Shown: positions 43,075 through 53,073 of the stretch, one piece after another | Numbering within the stretch: position 1 is the stretch's first letter | How the letters are laid out: every line of letters starts with the position of its first letter | DNA from: an uncultured Solirubrobacterales bacterium | GTDB lineage: Bacteria > Actinomycetota > Thermoleophilia > Solirubrobacterales > JBBDJG01 | Assembly: GCA_963826005.1 (NCBI GenBank) | Contig: CAWGVJ010000005.1 | Coordinates: 76,848 to 140,847 of the forward strand | Reading direction: 5' to 3' | Length of the DNA: 64,000 bases | Translations under genes and position numbers: made by a program | The notes under the pieces: model-generated | The model's input: the letters and a program-made list of their open reading frames with translations, nothing else | Databases searched by the model: none | What the model was told of the DNA's origin: nothing

Positions 43075-43113
43075 GGCGAGCGATTATCGCGCGCGGAGGG
43101 GATACTGGCGGCA

Positions 43114-43659
43114 ATGGCAACGGACCTGCGAGACGTGATTCGCTCGGGCCTCGCCGCCTGGAGCCGCGGGGACCTCGAGGGCGCGCTGGACGACCTCGAC
43201 CCGGATGTCGACTTCACGACGTCCGGAGTCTTCCCCGGGTTGGAGCCGGTTTACCGGGGCCACAGCGGGTTCCGGCGGTTCTGGACGGACTTTCGGGGAG
43301 CGTGGGAAGACATCTCCATCGAGATCGAGCGCATCGTCGAGGCTGAGCCGCCCATGTTCGTGATGGTGGGCCGCTTCCGCGCCACCGGACGCGACGGTCT
43401 CACGGTCGAGCGCCCGACGGGCATGGTCATCACCGTCGGCGAAGCGGCGATCAAGCGGATCGTGGCCTTCGGCTCGTGGGAGGCGGCCTTCGAGACCGCG
43501 GGCCTGCCGCCCTCCGACCGGCGGCTAGAGGTAGCCCATCGGGTCCACCGGGGACCCGTTGATCCTGACCTCGAAGTGCACGTGAGGGCCGAAGCAGTGG
43601 CCGGTGCAGCCGGAGGAGCCGATCACCTGTCCCTGCTTCACCGTGCTGCCCGACGCTGA
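43114..43659 (+). CDS. SnoaL/NTF2-like protein (3' end overlaps the convergent gene)
   Basis: AWSRGDLE, VYRGHSGFRRFW. Confidence 0.75.
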   Translation: MATDLRDVIRSGLAAWSRGDLEGALDDLDPDVDFTTSGVFPGLEPVYRGHSGFRRFWTDFRGAWEDISIEIERIVEAEPPMFVMVGRFRATGRDGLTVERPTGMVITVGEAAIKRIVAFGSWEAAFETAGLPPSDRRLEVAHRVHRGPVDPDLEVHVRAEAVAGAAGGADHLSLLHRAARR

Positions 43660-44773
43660 CGCCGATCGACGACTGGTGCGCGTAGCACGTTGCGACTCCG
43701 CCGCCGTGCTGGATGCACGTGTACTGGCCGTAGCCGCCCATCCAGCCCGCCATCGCGACGGTGCCGCTGGCCGCGGCGCGGATCGGCGTGCCGGCCGGCA
43801 CCGCGATGTCCACGCCCGCATGCAGGCGTCCCCACCGCATGCCGAACGGCGACACGACGGGCCCGTTCACGGGCCATATGTAGCCTCCGCCGCCCTGGCG
43901 GATCGGGCCGGCGGGCGCGGGGCCGCCGCTCTGCAGCTGGTTCGTCACCTGTGCGGACGCTGCCTGGAGCTCCCGCAGGTCGCCCTCCAGCTCGTGGCGG
44001 TGCTCCTTGACGTTGCCGAGCTTGCCGGACTTGTAGCGGCGCGCTTCCGAGAGGTCGGTCTGGTTGCTCTGGATCGCCGCTTGCGCCTCCTGCAGCTCGC
44101 GCTGCTTGGCCTCGATCACCTTCACGGCCTCCTCGGCCTGCGACTTCAGGACCAACAGCAGCAGTCGCTTCTGAGCGGACTTCTTCTTCAGCTCACGGAC
44201 CTTGTCGACGATCACGGAGTCCTGCTGGCCGATCAGCTTCATGTAGTCCGCGCGGACGAGCAGGTCGTTGAAGCCGTCGGACTCGAGGATCACGGACAGC
44301 ATGTCCGGCTGGTCCGACTTGTAGATCTCGACCAGGCGGACGGCGAGCACACCCTGGGCTTGGTGGAGCTTGCGGCGCAGCCGCACGAAACGCTCGTGCT
44401 CGACCTGATAGCGGGCCTGCACGCGGGCGAGCTGTGCGCGCCGCGCGTCGAGCGTGTTCTGCACGCGCGCCTCGCGGCGGCGCAGCGAGCCGATCTCGCT
44501 GGTGAGCGTGCGGATCCGCTTCGAGAGCGCGCTGATGTCACTGGTGAGCACACCCTCCTTCGCCCGCGCGTTGTCGATCGCGGCCTGCTTTTCCTGGATG
44601 TTGGCCTGGATCGCCTGGAAGGATGCCGAGCGCGATGCGTCGGGCAGCACGGCGACGAGCGCCAGCGCCGCCAGCACGAGGGCAGCGCAAAGCGTGGCTG
44701 CCTGCCGTGGCGTGCGAGGGTCGGTTGTCCGAACGAGGCCCCTGCCGGAGGCCAAACGGTTTTGATCCACCAC
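43525..44773 (-). CDS. Coiled-coil + M23 peptidase (peptidoglycan hydrolase), frameshift about 43650
   Basis: Signal peptide, long coiled coil, WPVNG, HAGVD, YAHQS, GPHVHFEVR. Confidence 0.9.
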
Positions 44774-44777
44774 TGCT

Positions 44778-44962
44778 CTCTTTCCAACGCTTACGGGGTT
44801 AGCTGTCGGGCTCGCGCCGGAAGAGTGGCGCTACACCAGCGAAGAGGCTCGCGGCGATTAGCCCCGAGGGCGCCCGTGGGCACCCGCTTTGCCTGGTTGG
44901 TTCCCCCGCTTCGCCCCGCCGGGGCCGTCCTGGCCACCACGGGGAGAATTCAGCGGCTCGAG
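44778..44962 (-). ncRNA. Cyclic di-AMP (ydaO/yuaA) riboswitch
   Basis: Minus strand reads CCGCTGAATTC...AGCGGGGGAACCA...TCGGGGCTAATC...GTAG...CCCGACAGCTAACCCCGTAAGCG, matching the ydaO consensus, directly upstream of a cell-wall hydrolase. Confidence 0.9.
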
Positions 44963-45098
44963 AAGGTCAATACCTCCTAGAACGGATTTGCCTGCAAAAG
45001 CGCGGGAACCTTAGCAGCAAGACGCGGCTCGGCGCGTTTTCCTGCCCGCAAGGGAAAGGCTGCAAGGCCGATTGCGCCCCACTTCCTACACTGCGGCC

Positions 45099-45899
45099 GT
45101 GGACCTCGGCCTCACAGGACGCGTGTGCGTCGTCACCGGCGCGAGCCGCGGTATCGGCCTCGCGACGGCCCGCGCCCTGTGTGCGGAGGGCGCCTCCGTA
45201 CTGCTCGTCGCGCGCTCTCAGGATGCGCTCGAGGCGGCGGCCGAGACGTGCCGCGCCGCCGGTGGCAACGCCGCCGTGCTCGCCGTCGACGTGACGGATC
45301 CCGACGCGGGAGAGCGCATGCTCGCCGGCGCGCGCGAGGCGCTCGGCGAGCCGGATGTGCTGGTCAACAACGCGGGCACCGCCCGCTGGCGCGACCTCGA
45401 CGACGTGCCCGACGAGGACTGGCAGGCGGCGTGGGACCTGAACGTGATGGCATCGCTGCGCGCGATGCGCGCGCTCGTGCCGGGAATGCGCGAGCGCGGC
45501 TGGGGCCGTGTCGTGAACGTCTCGAGCACTGCGGGAAAGCGCCCCTCGGCCAACATGCCCGAGTACTCCGTGGCGAAGGCCGCGCAGCTGTCGCTCTCGC
45601 GACTGTGGGCGGACCGATGCGCGGCCGACGGGGTGCTCGTGAACGCGATCTGCCCCGGGCCGACCAAGTCGGAGCTGTGGATCGGCGAGGGCGGCCTCGC
45701 GGAGCAGTCCGCCGCGCTCTCGGACCTGGCGGGCCCGGAGGAGGCGATCGCGAAGTCCGGCGCGGGCCGTCCGATCGGGCGCATGGCGGAGCCCGATGAG
45801 ATCGCGGCGGCGATCGTGTTCCTGTGCTCCGCGCGCGCGTCCTACGTGGCCGGCGCGGCGTGGAGCGTCGACGGCGGCACCGTACAGGTGATCATCTAG
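45099..45899 (+). CDS. SDR family oxidoreductase
   Basis: TGASRGIG, NNAG, YSVAK, VDGG. Confidence 0.95.
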   Translation: MDLGLTGRVCVVTGASRGIGLATARALCAEGASVLLVARSQDALEAAAETCRAAGGNAAVLAVDVTDPDAGERMLAGAREALGEPDVLVNNAGTARWRDLDDVPDEDWQAAWDLNVMASLRAMRALVPGMRERGWGRVVNVSSTAGKRPSANMPEYSVAKAAQLSLSRLWADRCAADGVLVNAICPGPTKSELWIGEGGLAEQSAALSDLAGPEEAIAKSGAGRPIGRMAEPDEIAAAIVFLCSARASYVAGAAWSVDGGTVQVII

Positions 45900-45902
45900 G
45901 GA

Positions 45903-46823
45903 CTAGCTTCCGCGCTCCACCTGGATCAGGCCGTCGCCCGGGGCCTGTTCGACCATCTGGAGCGTTGTGTGCGTGATGCCGAAGCGCTCGTGCAGCAGCA
46001 GCTCGACGCCCCGCAACACCCGATCGCGGTCGCATCCCGGCCGCACGACGACATGGGCGCTGAGCGCCGGGAACCCCGACGTCACGGTCCACACGTGCAG
46101 GTCGTGCACCTCGACCACGTCGCGCTCCGCCGCCATCGCCGTCCCGATCGCGGACACGTCCGTGCCCGTCGGCGCCGCCTCGAGCAGCACGTCGACCGGC
46201 TCCTTCAGCAGCTGCCACGAGCCGAGCAGGATCAGCCCGGCGATCACGAGGCTGGCCGCGGGGTCCGCCGCATTCCACCCGGCGGCCAGCACGAGCACCG
46301 CCGCCACGACCACGCCGATGGAGCTGAGCGCGTCCGCGGCGGAGTGGCGCAGCACGCCCTCCAGGTTCAGGTCCTCGCGATCGCCGGAGGCCAGCACCCA
46401 CGTGGCCGCGAGGTTGCCGGCCAGGCCGGCGAGCCCGACCGCCAGCATCCCGCCGCCCGATACGTCCGGCGGCGATTCGAACCGCCCCAGCGCCTCGACC
46501 ACGATCAGCACCGCGATCGCGACCAGCAGGACGCCGTTCGCGAGCGCGCCGAGCACCTCGCTGCGCTGCAGCCCGTAGGTGCGCGCCGGCGTCGGCGCAC
46601 GCCCCGCGAGGCGCGCGGCCACGAGCCCGATCGCGATCGCCCCCACGTCCGACAGCAGGTGTCCCGCATCGGCGAGCAGCGCCAGCGAGTCCGTGAGGAT
46701 CCCGCCGACCACGGTCCCCACCAGCAGCACCACGTTGATCGCGAGCGCGACCGCCATCCGCGAGCGGTTCTCGGCACGCCGCGCGTCGAGGTGCGCGTGC
46801 GCATGCGCGTGCGCGTGAGCCAT
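45903..46823 (-). CDS. Cation diffusion facilitator (CzcD/ZitB-like)
   Basis: His-rich N-terminus, DAGHLLSD, HSAAD, HDLHVW, HTTLQ. Confidence 0.95.
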   Translation of the reverse strand: MAHAHAHAHAHLDARRAENRSRMAVALAINVVLLVGTVVGGILTDSLALLADAGHLLSDVGAIAIGLVAARLAGRAPTPARTYGLQRSEVLGALANGVLLVAIAVLIVVEALGRFESPPDVSGGGMLAVGLAGLAGNLAATWVLASGDREDLNLEGVLRHSAADALSSIGVVVAAVLVLAAGWNAADPAASLVIAGLILLGSWQLLKEPVDVLLEAAPTGTDVSAIGTAMAAERDVVEVHDLHVWTVTSGFPALSAHVVVRPGCDRDRVLRGVELLLHERFGITHTTLQMVEQAPGDGLIQVERGS

Positions 46824-46879
46824 CGGCTCAGGCTACCCGGCGCGCTGGCGTACCGGCCAAAGGCCGGGTTTGGAGCCTG

Positions 46880-48211
46880 CTACGCCGGGACTTGCTGCGT
46901 CTCTGCGCCGGCGGGCGTCTCGGAGGGCGCGTTGCCCGGCGCGTGCGAGGCGAGTCCGTTCTGGCCGCCGTTCGCCTGCGCCGCCTGCGCCACGTCCGTC
47001 GCGAAGTGCAGCCGCTCGGCGTACTCGGCGGCCTGCATGCGCGAGATGACGAGCCGCTGGATCTGGGCCGTGCCCTCGAAGATCTGGTAGATCTTGGCGT
47101 CCCGGAACCACTTCTCGAGCGGGTAGTCCATGGACTGGGCCGCCGGACCGACCAGGTCCATCAGCTCGGTCGTGGCCCACATCGCGACGTCGCCGCCCTT
47201 GAGCTTCGACATCGAGCCCTGGCCGCCGGTCATCGGCACGCCGTTGCGCCCCATCCAGGCCGCGCGCCACACGAGCAGGCGCGCCGCCTCGATCTCGGTC
47301 GCGACGTCGGCCAGCACCTGCTGGATGCGCTGCTCCTGAAGCAGCGGGCGTCCGTCCTCGGAGCGGCCGTGCAGATACTCGAGCGTCCACTCGTAGGCGG
47401 CCTGCGCGATGCCGAGCGCCGAGGCGCCGACAGTCGGGCGCGTGATCTCGAACGTCGCGAGGGCACCGGAAGCGCCCGAGCTCTTGCCCGAGCGGGCGCG
47501 CTCGAGCTTGCGCTGCAGCTTCTCCTCGCCGCCCAGCAGGTGATCGCCGGGGATGCGGCAGTCCTCGAGCACGATCTCGGCGGTCTGCGACGCGCGGATG
47601 CCGAGCTTGGACTCCTTGTGCCCGAGCTTCAGGCCGGGGTTGTCGCCGGTGACGATGAAAGACGCCTGCCCGCGGTGCCCGAGGTCCGGGTCGACGGTGG
47701 CGACCACGACGGTCACGTCCGCGATGCCGCCGTTCGAGATGAAGGTCTTGGTGCCGTTCAGGATCCAGTCGTCGCCGTCGCGCTTGGCGGTCGTGCGCAG
47801 CGACTTCACGTCGGAGCCCGCGGAGGGCTCGGTGACGGCGTAGGCCCCGATCTTCGGGTTGTGCTTGTCGCCGATCACCTCGGGAATCCAGCGGCCGATC
47901 TGCTCGGGCGTGCCGGAGGAGGCGATTCCCGCGGCGCACAGCGTGGAGGCGGAGATGGCGAGCGCGATGCCGGCACAGCCCCAATGGACCTCCTCGGCGT
48001 AGATGACACCCTTCAGCCCCTCGGTGTCGGTCGTCAGGGACTGGATCCATTCGAGGCCCGCGAGCTTCCACTCATAGGCCTTCTGCATCACCTCGTAGGG
48101 AACGCTCTCGTCGCGGTCGTGCTGTGGGGCCGCGGGGCGCATCACCTCACGCGCGAACTTACGGCAGTACTGCTGCCACTCCTGGGTGTCGTCGCTGAGT
48201 CGAAAGTCCAT
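46880..48211 (-). CDS. Acyl-CoA dehydrogenase
   Basis: TEPSAGSD, LNGTKTFISNG, KLGIRAS, RDAKIYQIFEGT. Confidence 0.95.
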   Translation of the reverse strand: MDFRLSDDTQEWQQYCRKFAREVMRPAAPQHDRDESVPYEVMQKAYEWKLAGLEWIQSLTTDTEGLKGVIYAEEVHWGCAGIALAISASTLCAAGIASSGTPEQIGRWIPEVIGDKHNPKIGAYAVTEPSAGSDVKSLRTTAKRDGDDWILNGTKTFISNGGIADVTVVVATVDPDLGHRGQASFIVTGDNPGLKLGHKESKLGIRASQTAEIVLEDCRIPGDHLLGGEEKLQRKLERARSGKSSGASGALATFEITRPTVGASALGIAQAAYEWTLEYLHGRSEDGRPLLQEQRIQQVLADVATEIEAARLLVWRAAWMGRNGVPMTGGQGSMSKLKGGDVAMWATTELMDLVGPAAQSMDYPLEKWFRDAKIYQIFEGTAQIQRLVISRMQAAEYAERLHFATDVAQAAQANGGQNGLASHAPGNAPSETPAGAETQQVPA

Positions 48212-48273
48212 CCGTTCCGGCTCCAAGTCCTCGGCCGCCGCATGGCGCTACAGGCGGACCATGCCGTGCGGCG

Positions 48274-48295
48274 ATTGACTGACGAGTCAACCAAC
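48274..48295. promoter_or_regulatory. Palindromic operator TTGACT-N4-AGTCAA, copy 1
   Basis: ATTGACTGACGAGTCAACCAAC, just downstream of a minus-strand TACAAT box (48300-48305); 21 of 22 nt identical to copy 2. Confidence 0.8.
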
Positions 48296-48371
48296 AAGGA
48301 TTGTACCCCTCCGGGGCGGCGTGAACCAGCTTTCGGGGACGGGGGTGGCAGGAGGTATCGTCCGCCGCTCG

Positions 48372-49568
48372 ATGCCTGACCCTCCCACAGGCGCATGCCA
48401 GAGCCGATCCAGGCTGCTCGCGGCCGGATCGCTGGCCGCGGTGGCGCTCGCGGCGCTCGCCATCGGGGCCTGCGGCGGCGGCGACAACCCGGTCGAGGTG
48501 CGGCTGGAGGAGAAGACCGCCGACCAGACGGTGCTCGGCTTCCCGGCGCTGGCCACCAAGAACACCACGCGGGTGGGGGGCGAGGATGAGGTGGCGGATG
48601 CCGCCGGCACGGCGACCGCGACCTTCCCGGGCCAGACCCGCGGATCGCGCCCACGGGCCGTGACGCTCGTCGACAAGGACGACTGGCGGGCGGGCATCGC
48701 CGCGTCCGTGTTGATGGCGCCCCCTTTGCGCGCCCCGGTCCTGCTGACCGACGGCGACAAACTGCCCCGGGCCACGTCCACCGCGCTCGACACCCTCAAG
48801 CCGACGGGCGCCCGGGTCGCGCGAGGAGCACAGGCGATCGAGATCGGCGACGCGCGCGCGCCCGACGATCTGCGCGCGCGGCGCATCACGGGCAGCGATC
48901 CCGCCAAGCTGGCGGCCGCGATCGACGCGTTCCGCACCGACGTGGCGGGCAAGCCGTCACGCAGCGTCGTGATCGCATCCGCCGATCAGCCGGAGTTCGC
49001 AATGCCGGCGGCGGCCTGGGCGGCAAAGTCCGGTGACGCGGTGTTGTTCACGTCGCGCAACGCCGTGCCGCCGGCGACTCGGCAGGCGCTGCGCCGCCAC
49101 GAGCAGCCGGCCATCTACATCCTCGGCCCGGAGCACGTGATCTCCGCATCGGTAGAGCGTGCGCTGCGGCGCCTCGGCCGCGTGAAACGCATCCAGGGCA
49201 GCACCTCGATCACCAACGCGATCGTGTTCGCGCGCTACTCCGACGGCGACTTCGGATGGGCTGTGCGCGATCCCGGCCACGGGCTCACCTTTGCGAACGC
49301 CGACCGCACCCAGGACGCCGCGGCGTCCGCCGCCCTCGGTGGGGCCGGCACGTACGGCCCGCTGCTGCTGCTCGGCGACTCCGGCGCCATCCCGCGCCCG
49401 CTCGAGAACTACCTGCTCGACATCCAGCCCGGCTACCGGTTCGATCCCGTGCGCGGCGTCTACAACCACGCGTGGATCCTGGGCGACGAGTCCGCGATCG
49501 ACCTCAAGGTGCAGGCGCGGATCGACGAGCTGGCCGAGATCGTGCGCGTGCGCGACGAAGACCTGTGA
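48372..49568 (+). CDS. Lipoprotein with cell-wall-binding-repeat-2-like domains
   Basis: Lipobox IGAC; RVGG, PVLLT, IYILG...IS motifs. Confidence 0.7.
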   Translation: MPDPPTGACQSRSRLLAAGSLAAVALAALAIGACGGGDNPVEVRLEEKTADQTVLGFPALATKNTTRVGGEDEVADAAGTATATFPGQTRGSRPRAVTLVDKDDWRAGIAASVLMAPPLRAPVLLTDGDKLPRATSTALDTLKPTGARVARGAQAIEIGDARAPDDLRARRITGSDPAKLAAAIDAFRTDVAGKPSRSVVIASADQPEFAMPAAAWAAKSGDAVLFTSRNAVPPATRQALRRHEQPAIYILGPEHVISASVERALRRLGRVKRIQGSTSITNAIVFARYSDGDFGWAVRDPGHGLTFANADRTQDAAASAALGGAGTYGPLLLLGDSGAIPRPLENYLLDIQPGYRFDPVRGVYNHAWILGDESAIDLKVQARIDELAEIVRVRDEDL

Positions 49569-49590
49569 GGCGCGGGGTACGCTTCCCGTC

Positions 49591-49875
49591 ATGAGCGGAG
49601 CGGAGCGACCCGACCGGCTTTCGCCCGATCACCGCGTGAGCGTCGACGACGTCCGCGCCCTGGTCGGCGCCGCCACCCCGCACTTCGCGCTGCAGCTCCG
49701 CGACCGCCTCGCCCGGCTGATCGCGGGCCTTCCGGCTGACGACCCGGCCCGCATCGAGGGCGAGCGCGGGATCGCGCGGCTGGAGCACATCGCAAGCGAA
49801 GGCCAGGACGAGGGTCACGTGCAGGAGAACGAGCAGCCGCTTCCGAGCCTCCGGCTCGGAAGCCACACCGAGTGA
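49591..49875 (+). CDS. Small hypothetical protein
   Basis: MSGAERPDRL...GAATPHFALQLR; GTGA overlap with the next gene. Confidence 0.65.
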   Translation: MSGAERPDRLSPDHRVSVDDVRALVGAATPHFALQLRDRLARLIAGLPADDPARIEGERGIARLEHIASEGQDEGHVQENEQPLPSLRLGSHTE

Positions 49876-50630
49876 CCGCCTGTAAGCGGACGCTGCCCCT
49901 GCTGGAGGCCGCGATCCGCGAGCGCGCGCAGATGCGCGAGGGCTACCTGGATGCGCTCGGGCGCGACCTGGAGCAGCCCGGGCTCGTCGGGAGCCTGATG
50001 CAGGCGGGCCCGGTGTCGCGGGTCTACGAGCGGTGGTGGCGACCGGCGCTGGGCCGCGTCGCAAAGGGGGTGGGCGGCCCCGGCATGGCGGACGAGAAGC
50101 GGATCGCGCGCCTGCTGATGGGCCTCGGCCCCGGAGACGGAGTGCTGGACGTCGCGTGCGGGCCCGGGAACTTCTCCCGTGACTTCGCCCGCGCGGTCGG
50201 CGACGACGGGCTGGTCGTGGGAGTCGATGCCTCCCGCCCGATGCTGGAGCGGGCGGTACGCGAGACCAGTGCCGCCGGCCTCGGCAACCTGTGCTTCGTG
50301 TTCGCGGACGCCGCCGCGCTGCCGTTCCGCGACGCGTCGTTCGACGCCGCCTGCTGCTTCGCCGCGCTGAACCTGTTCCCGCAACCGTTCGCGGCACTCG
50401 ACGAGATGCGCCGCGTGCTCGCCCCAGGCGGGCGCATCGCGCTGTTCACCAGCAGCCACGGGCGCACCGGGCCGCTGCGCGCGCTCGAGAGCGCCGTGGC
50501 GGCGCCGGCGGGCATCCGCATGTTCGACCAGGAGGAACTCGTGGACGCGCTGCGCGAGCGCGGGTTCACCGACATCCGCCAGCGCCTCTCGGGGCTGACG
50601 CAGTTCGTCGGCGGGCGCCTGCCGGCGTAG
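49872..50630 (+). CDS. Class I SAM-dependent methyltransferase
   Basis: VLDVACGPG, DAAALPF, RVLAPGG. Confidence 0.9.
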   Translation: MTACKRTLPLLEAAIRERAQMREGYLDALGRDLEQPGLVGSLMQAGPVSRVYERWWRPALGRVAKGVGGPGMADEKRIARLLMGLGPGDGVLDVACGPGNFSRDFARAVGDDGLVVGVDASRPMLERAVRETSAAGLGNLCFVFADAAALPFRDASFDAACCFAALNLFPQPFAALDEMRRVLAPGGRIALFTSSHGRTGPLRALESAVAAPAGIRMFDQEELVDALRERGFTDIRQRLSGLTQFVGGRLPA

Positions 50631-50646
50631 GCCCACGAATATCGAG

Positions 50647-50715
50647 CGGGCTGCGCCCGCGCCTGCTGGAGCGTCCGCCTACGGCGGCCGCTTCATGAGG
50701 CGGCTACGCCGCCTC
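50647..50715. repeat. Cluster of short REP-like hairpins between convergent genes
   Basis: GGGCTGCGCCC, CCGC-CTACG-GCGG, GAGGCGG-CTACG-CCGCCTC. Confidence 0.55.
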
Positions 50716-51860
50716 TATTTTGCGGCCGCGAGCTCCGGCGAGGGCTGCGCGACGACGTCGGACCGGTCGATCACCGCCTGTGCCACGCGCTCGCGGTGCC
50801 AGCGGGCGTCACCGAACATCACCGCGTCCGCGCTCGCGCGCTTCAGGTACAGGTGGAGGTCGTGCTCCCATGTGAAGCCGATGCCTCCGTGGACCTGGAG
50901 CGAGGCACCGGTCACGCGCGTGCCCGCGTCCGATGCGTAGGCCTTCGCCATGGAGGACGCGAGGTCCGCCGTCTCCGGCTCGTTGTCGGCTGCCCACGCC
51001 GCGTAGTACGTGGCAGAGCGTGCGCTTTCGGTCTCGAGCAGCATCTGGGCGCAGCGGTGCGAGACCGCCTGGTAGGCGCCGATCGGGCGCCCGAACTGCT
51101 TGCGCTCCTTCGCATAGTCGATCGCCATCTCGAGCGCCCGCTGTGCGACCCCGGTCAGTTCCGCCGCGACCGCTGTGTACGCCCGCACGCGGGCGGGCGC
51201 CAGCGCCCCGTCGTCGCCGAAGGCGGCGTCCTCACCGACCTTCACGCCGTCCAGCTTGACCGCGTACTGCTTGCGGGTCGCGTCGATCGTGGGTGTGGGA
51301 ACGATCGAGACGCCGGCCGCGTCGCGCTCGACGATGAACCGGCGGTCGCCGGTCGCGCCGACGACGAAGAAGTCCGCCCTCGCGGCGTCGAACACGAACA
51401 GCTTCTCTCCGCTCAGGACGTACCCGCCGTTGGCAGCCTCCGGCTCCATCGTGATGTCGTCCGGCGCCCATCCGGCGCCGGCGTCCCACAGCGCGAGCGT
51501 TCCGCGCTGCTCGCCGGTGGCGAGCGGTGCCAGGTAGCGCTCCTTCTGCTCCTCGGTGGCGGCGGTCTCGAGCGCGATCGCGGTGAGCATGCTGGACAGG
51601 ATCGGCCCCGGCGCCAGCGCGTAGCCGAGTTGCTCCATCAGCACCGCCAACTCGATCGTGCCGAGTTCCTGCCCGCCGTACTTTTCCGAGACCATCAGCC
51701 CGGGCCAGTTGAGGTCGCTCATCTCGCGCCACAGGTCCTCGTCGAACGCGTCGTCGGACTCGGCCAACTGCCGGATCCGCTCGGACTTCAGCCGCGCCGC
51801 GAGGAACTCCCGCGCCGCGGCCTGCAGCATCTGCTGCTCGTCGGTCAGGTCAAAGTTCAC
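50715..51860 (-). CDS. Acyl-CoA dehydrogenase (partner subunit of a heteromeric ACAD pair)
   Basis: RKQFGRPIG, QVHGGIGFTWEHDLHLYLKRA. Confidence 0.9.
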   Translation of the reverse strand: MNFDLTDEQQMLQAAAREFLAARLKSERIRQLAESDDAFDEDLWREMSDLNWPGLMVSEKYGGQELGTIELAVLMEQLGYALAPGPILSSMLTAIALETAATEEQKERYLAPLATGEQRGTLALWDAGAGWAPDDITMEPEAANGGYVLSGEKLFVFDAARADFFVVGATGDRRFIVERDAAGVSIVPTPTIDATRKQYAVKLDGVKVGEDAAFGDDGALAPARVRAYTAVAAELTGVAQRALEMAIDYAKERKQFGRPIGAYQAVSHRCAQMLLETESARSATYYAAWAADNEPETADLASSMAKAYASDAGTRVTGASLQVHGGIGFTWEHDLHLYLKRASADAVMFGDARWHRERVAQAVIDRSDVVAQPSPELAAAK

Positions 51861-51874
51861 TCAGGTCTCCCCTC

Positions 51875-53047
51875 TTACCGCAGCTTCGGCAGGCCGAGCA
51901 CGCGCTCGGCGACGATGTTCTTGAGGATGTCGGTCGTACCGCCCTCGATGGAGTTCGCGCGCGTGCGCAGGAACTGGTACTGCCAGTCGCCGCCCAGCGA
52001 GTACTCCGATCCGTCGGCGAACTGCGAGTACGGGCCCTCGATCTCCATTGCCAGCTCCATCAGGTGCTGGTTGATCTCGGCCCAGTGCCACTTGCCGAGC
52101 GAGCCCTCCGGGCCCGGGACGCCCTGCTTCATGATCTTCGTGAGGCCGCGGTAGTTGGTGAGGCGGAAGATCTCCGACTCGATGAAGAGCTGCGCGAGCC
52201 GGTCTCGCACCACCGGGTCCTCGGACGCGAGCTTGCCGTTCCGCGACGTGGAGCCCGCGAGGTCGAACGCCCGCACGATCGCCTGCTGCAACGCGGTCTG
52301 TGCGGCGAACGCAAGGCCGTAGCGCTCGTTCATCAGCGTCGTGATCGCGACCGACCAGCCGCTGCCGACCTCGCCGATGATGTTCTCGTCGGGGATGTAG
52401 GCCTCGTCCATGAAGATCTCGTTGAACTCCGCCTCGCCCGTGATCTGCACGAGCGGCTTCACCTCGACGCCGTCCTGCTCCATGTCCATCAGGAAGTACG
52501 TGAGGCCCTTGTGCTTGGGCGCGTCCGGGTCGGTGCGCGCGACCAGCATGCACCACTTCGCCACCTGCGCGAGCGTGGTCCAGACCTTCTGGCCCGACAC
52601 GACCCAGCCGCCGTTGCTCTTCACGGCGCGTGTCTTCAGCGACGCGAGGTCGGAGCCGGCCTCGGGCTCGGAGAAGCCCTGGCACCAGATCTCCTCGGCC
52701 GACAGGATCGGCTCGAGGTAGCGCTGCTTCTGCTCCTCGGTGCCGTGCGTGATGACGACCGGGCCGCCCATCACGAGGCCCAGCACGTTCGCCACGCGCG
52801 GCGTTTTCGAGCGGGTCACCTCCTCGTAGAAGATGGCCTGCTCGATCAGGGTCGCGCCGCGGCCCCCATACTCCTCCGGCCACGACAGGCCGGCCCAGCG
52901 GGCATCGTGCAGCTTGCGCTGCCAGCGCCGGGAGAACTCGAATGCCTCGGCCTCGTCCTCCGGCGGCTCGCCGGGATGGTTGGCCGCGAGCCACGAGCGG
53001 ACTTCGTCGCGGAAGGCCTCCTCATTGGGACTCAGTGTCAGGTCCAC
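51875..53047 (-). CDS. Acyl-CoA dehydrogenase
   Basis: WCQGFSEPEAGSDLASL, GQKVWT, NSIEGGT. Confidence 0.95.
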   Translation of the reverse strand: MDLTLSPNEEAFRDEVRSWLAANHPGEPPEDEAEAFEFSRRWQRKLHDARWAGLSWPEEYGGRGATLIEQAIFYEEVTRSKTPRVANVLGLVMGGPVVITHGTEEQKQRYLEPILSAEEIWCQGFSEPEAGSDLASLKTRAVKSNGGWVVSGQKVWTTLAQVAKWCMLVARTDPDAPKHKGLTYFLMDMEQDGVEVKPLVQITGEAEFNEIFMDEAYIPDENIIGEVGSGWSVAITTLMNERYGLAFAAQTALQQAIVRAFDLAGSTSRNGKLASEDPVVRDRLAQLFIESEIFRLTNYRGLTKIMKQGVPGPEGSLGKWHWAEINQHLMELAMEIEGPYSQFADGSEYSLGGDWQYQFLRTRANSIEGGTTDILKNIVAERVLGLPKLR

Positions 53048-53073
53048 TAGCTCCTCCTTCCGTCGGTCGTCTC

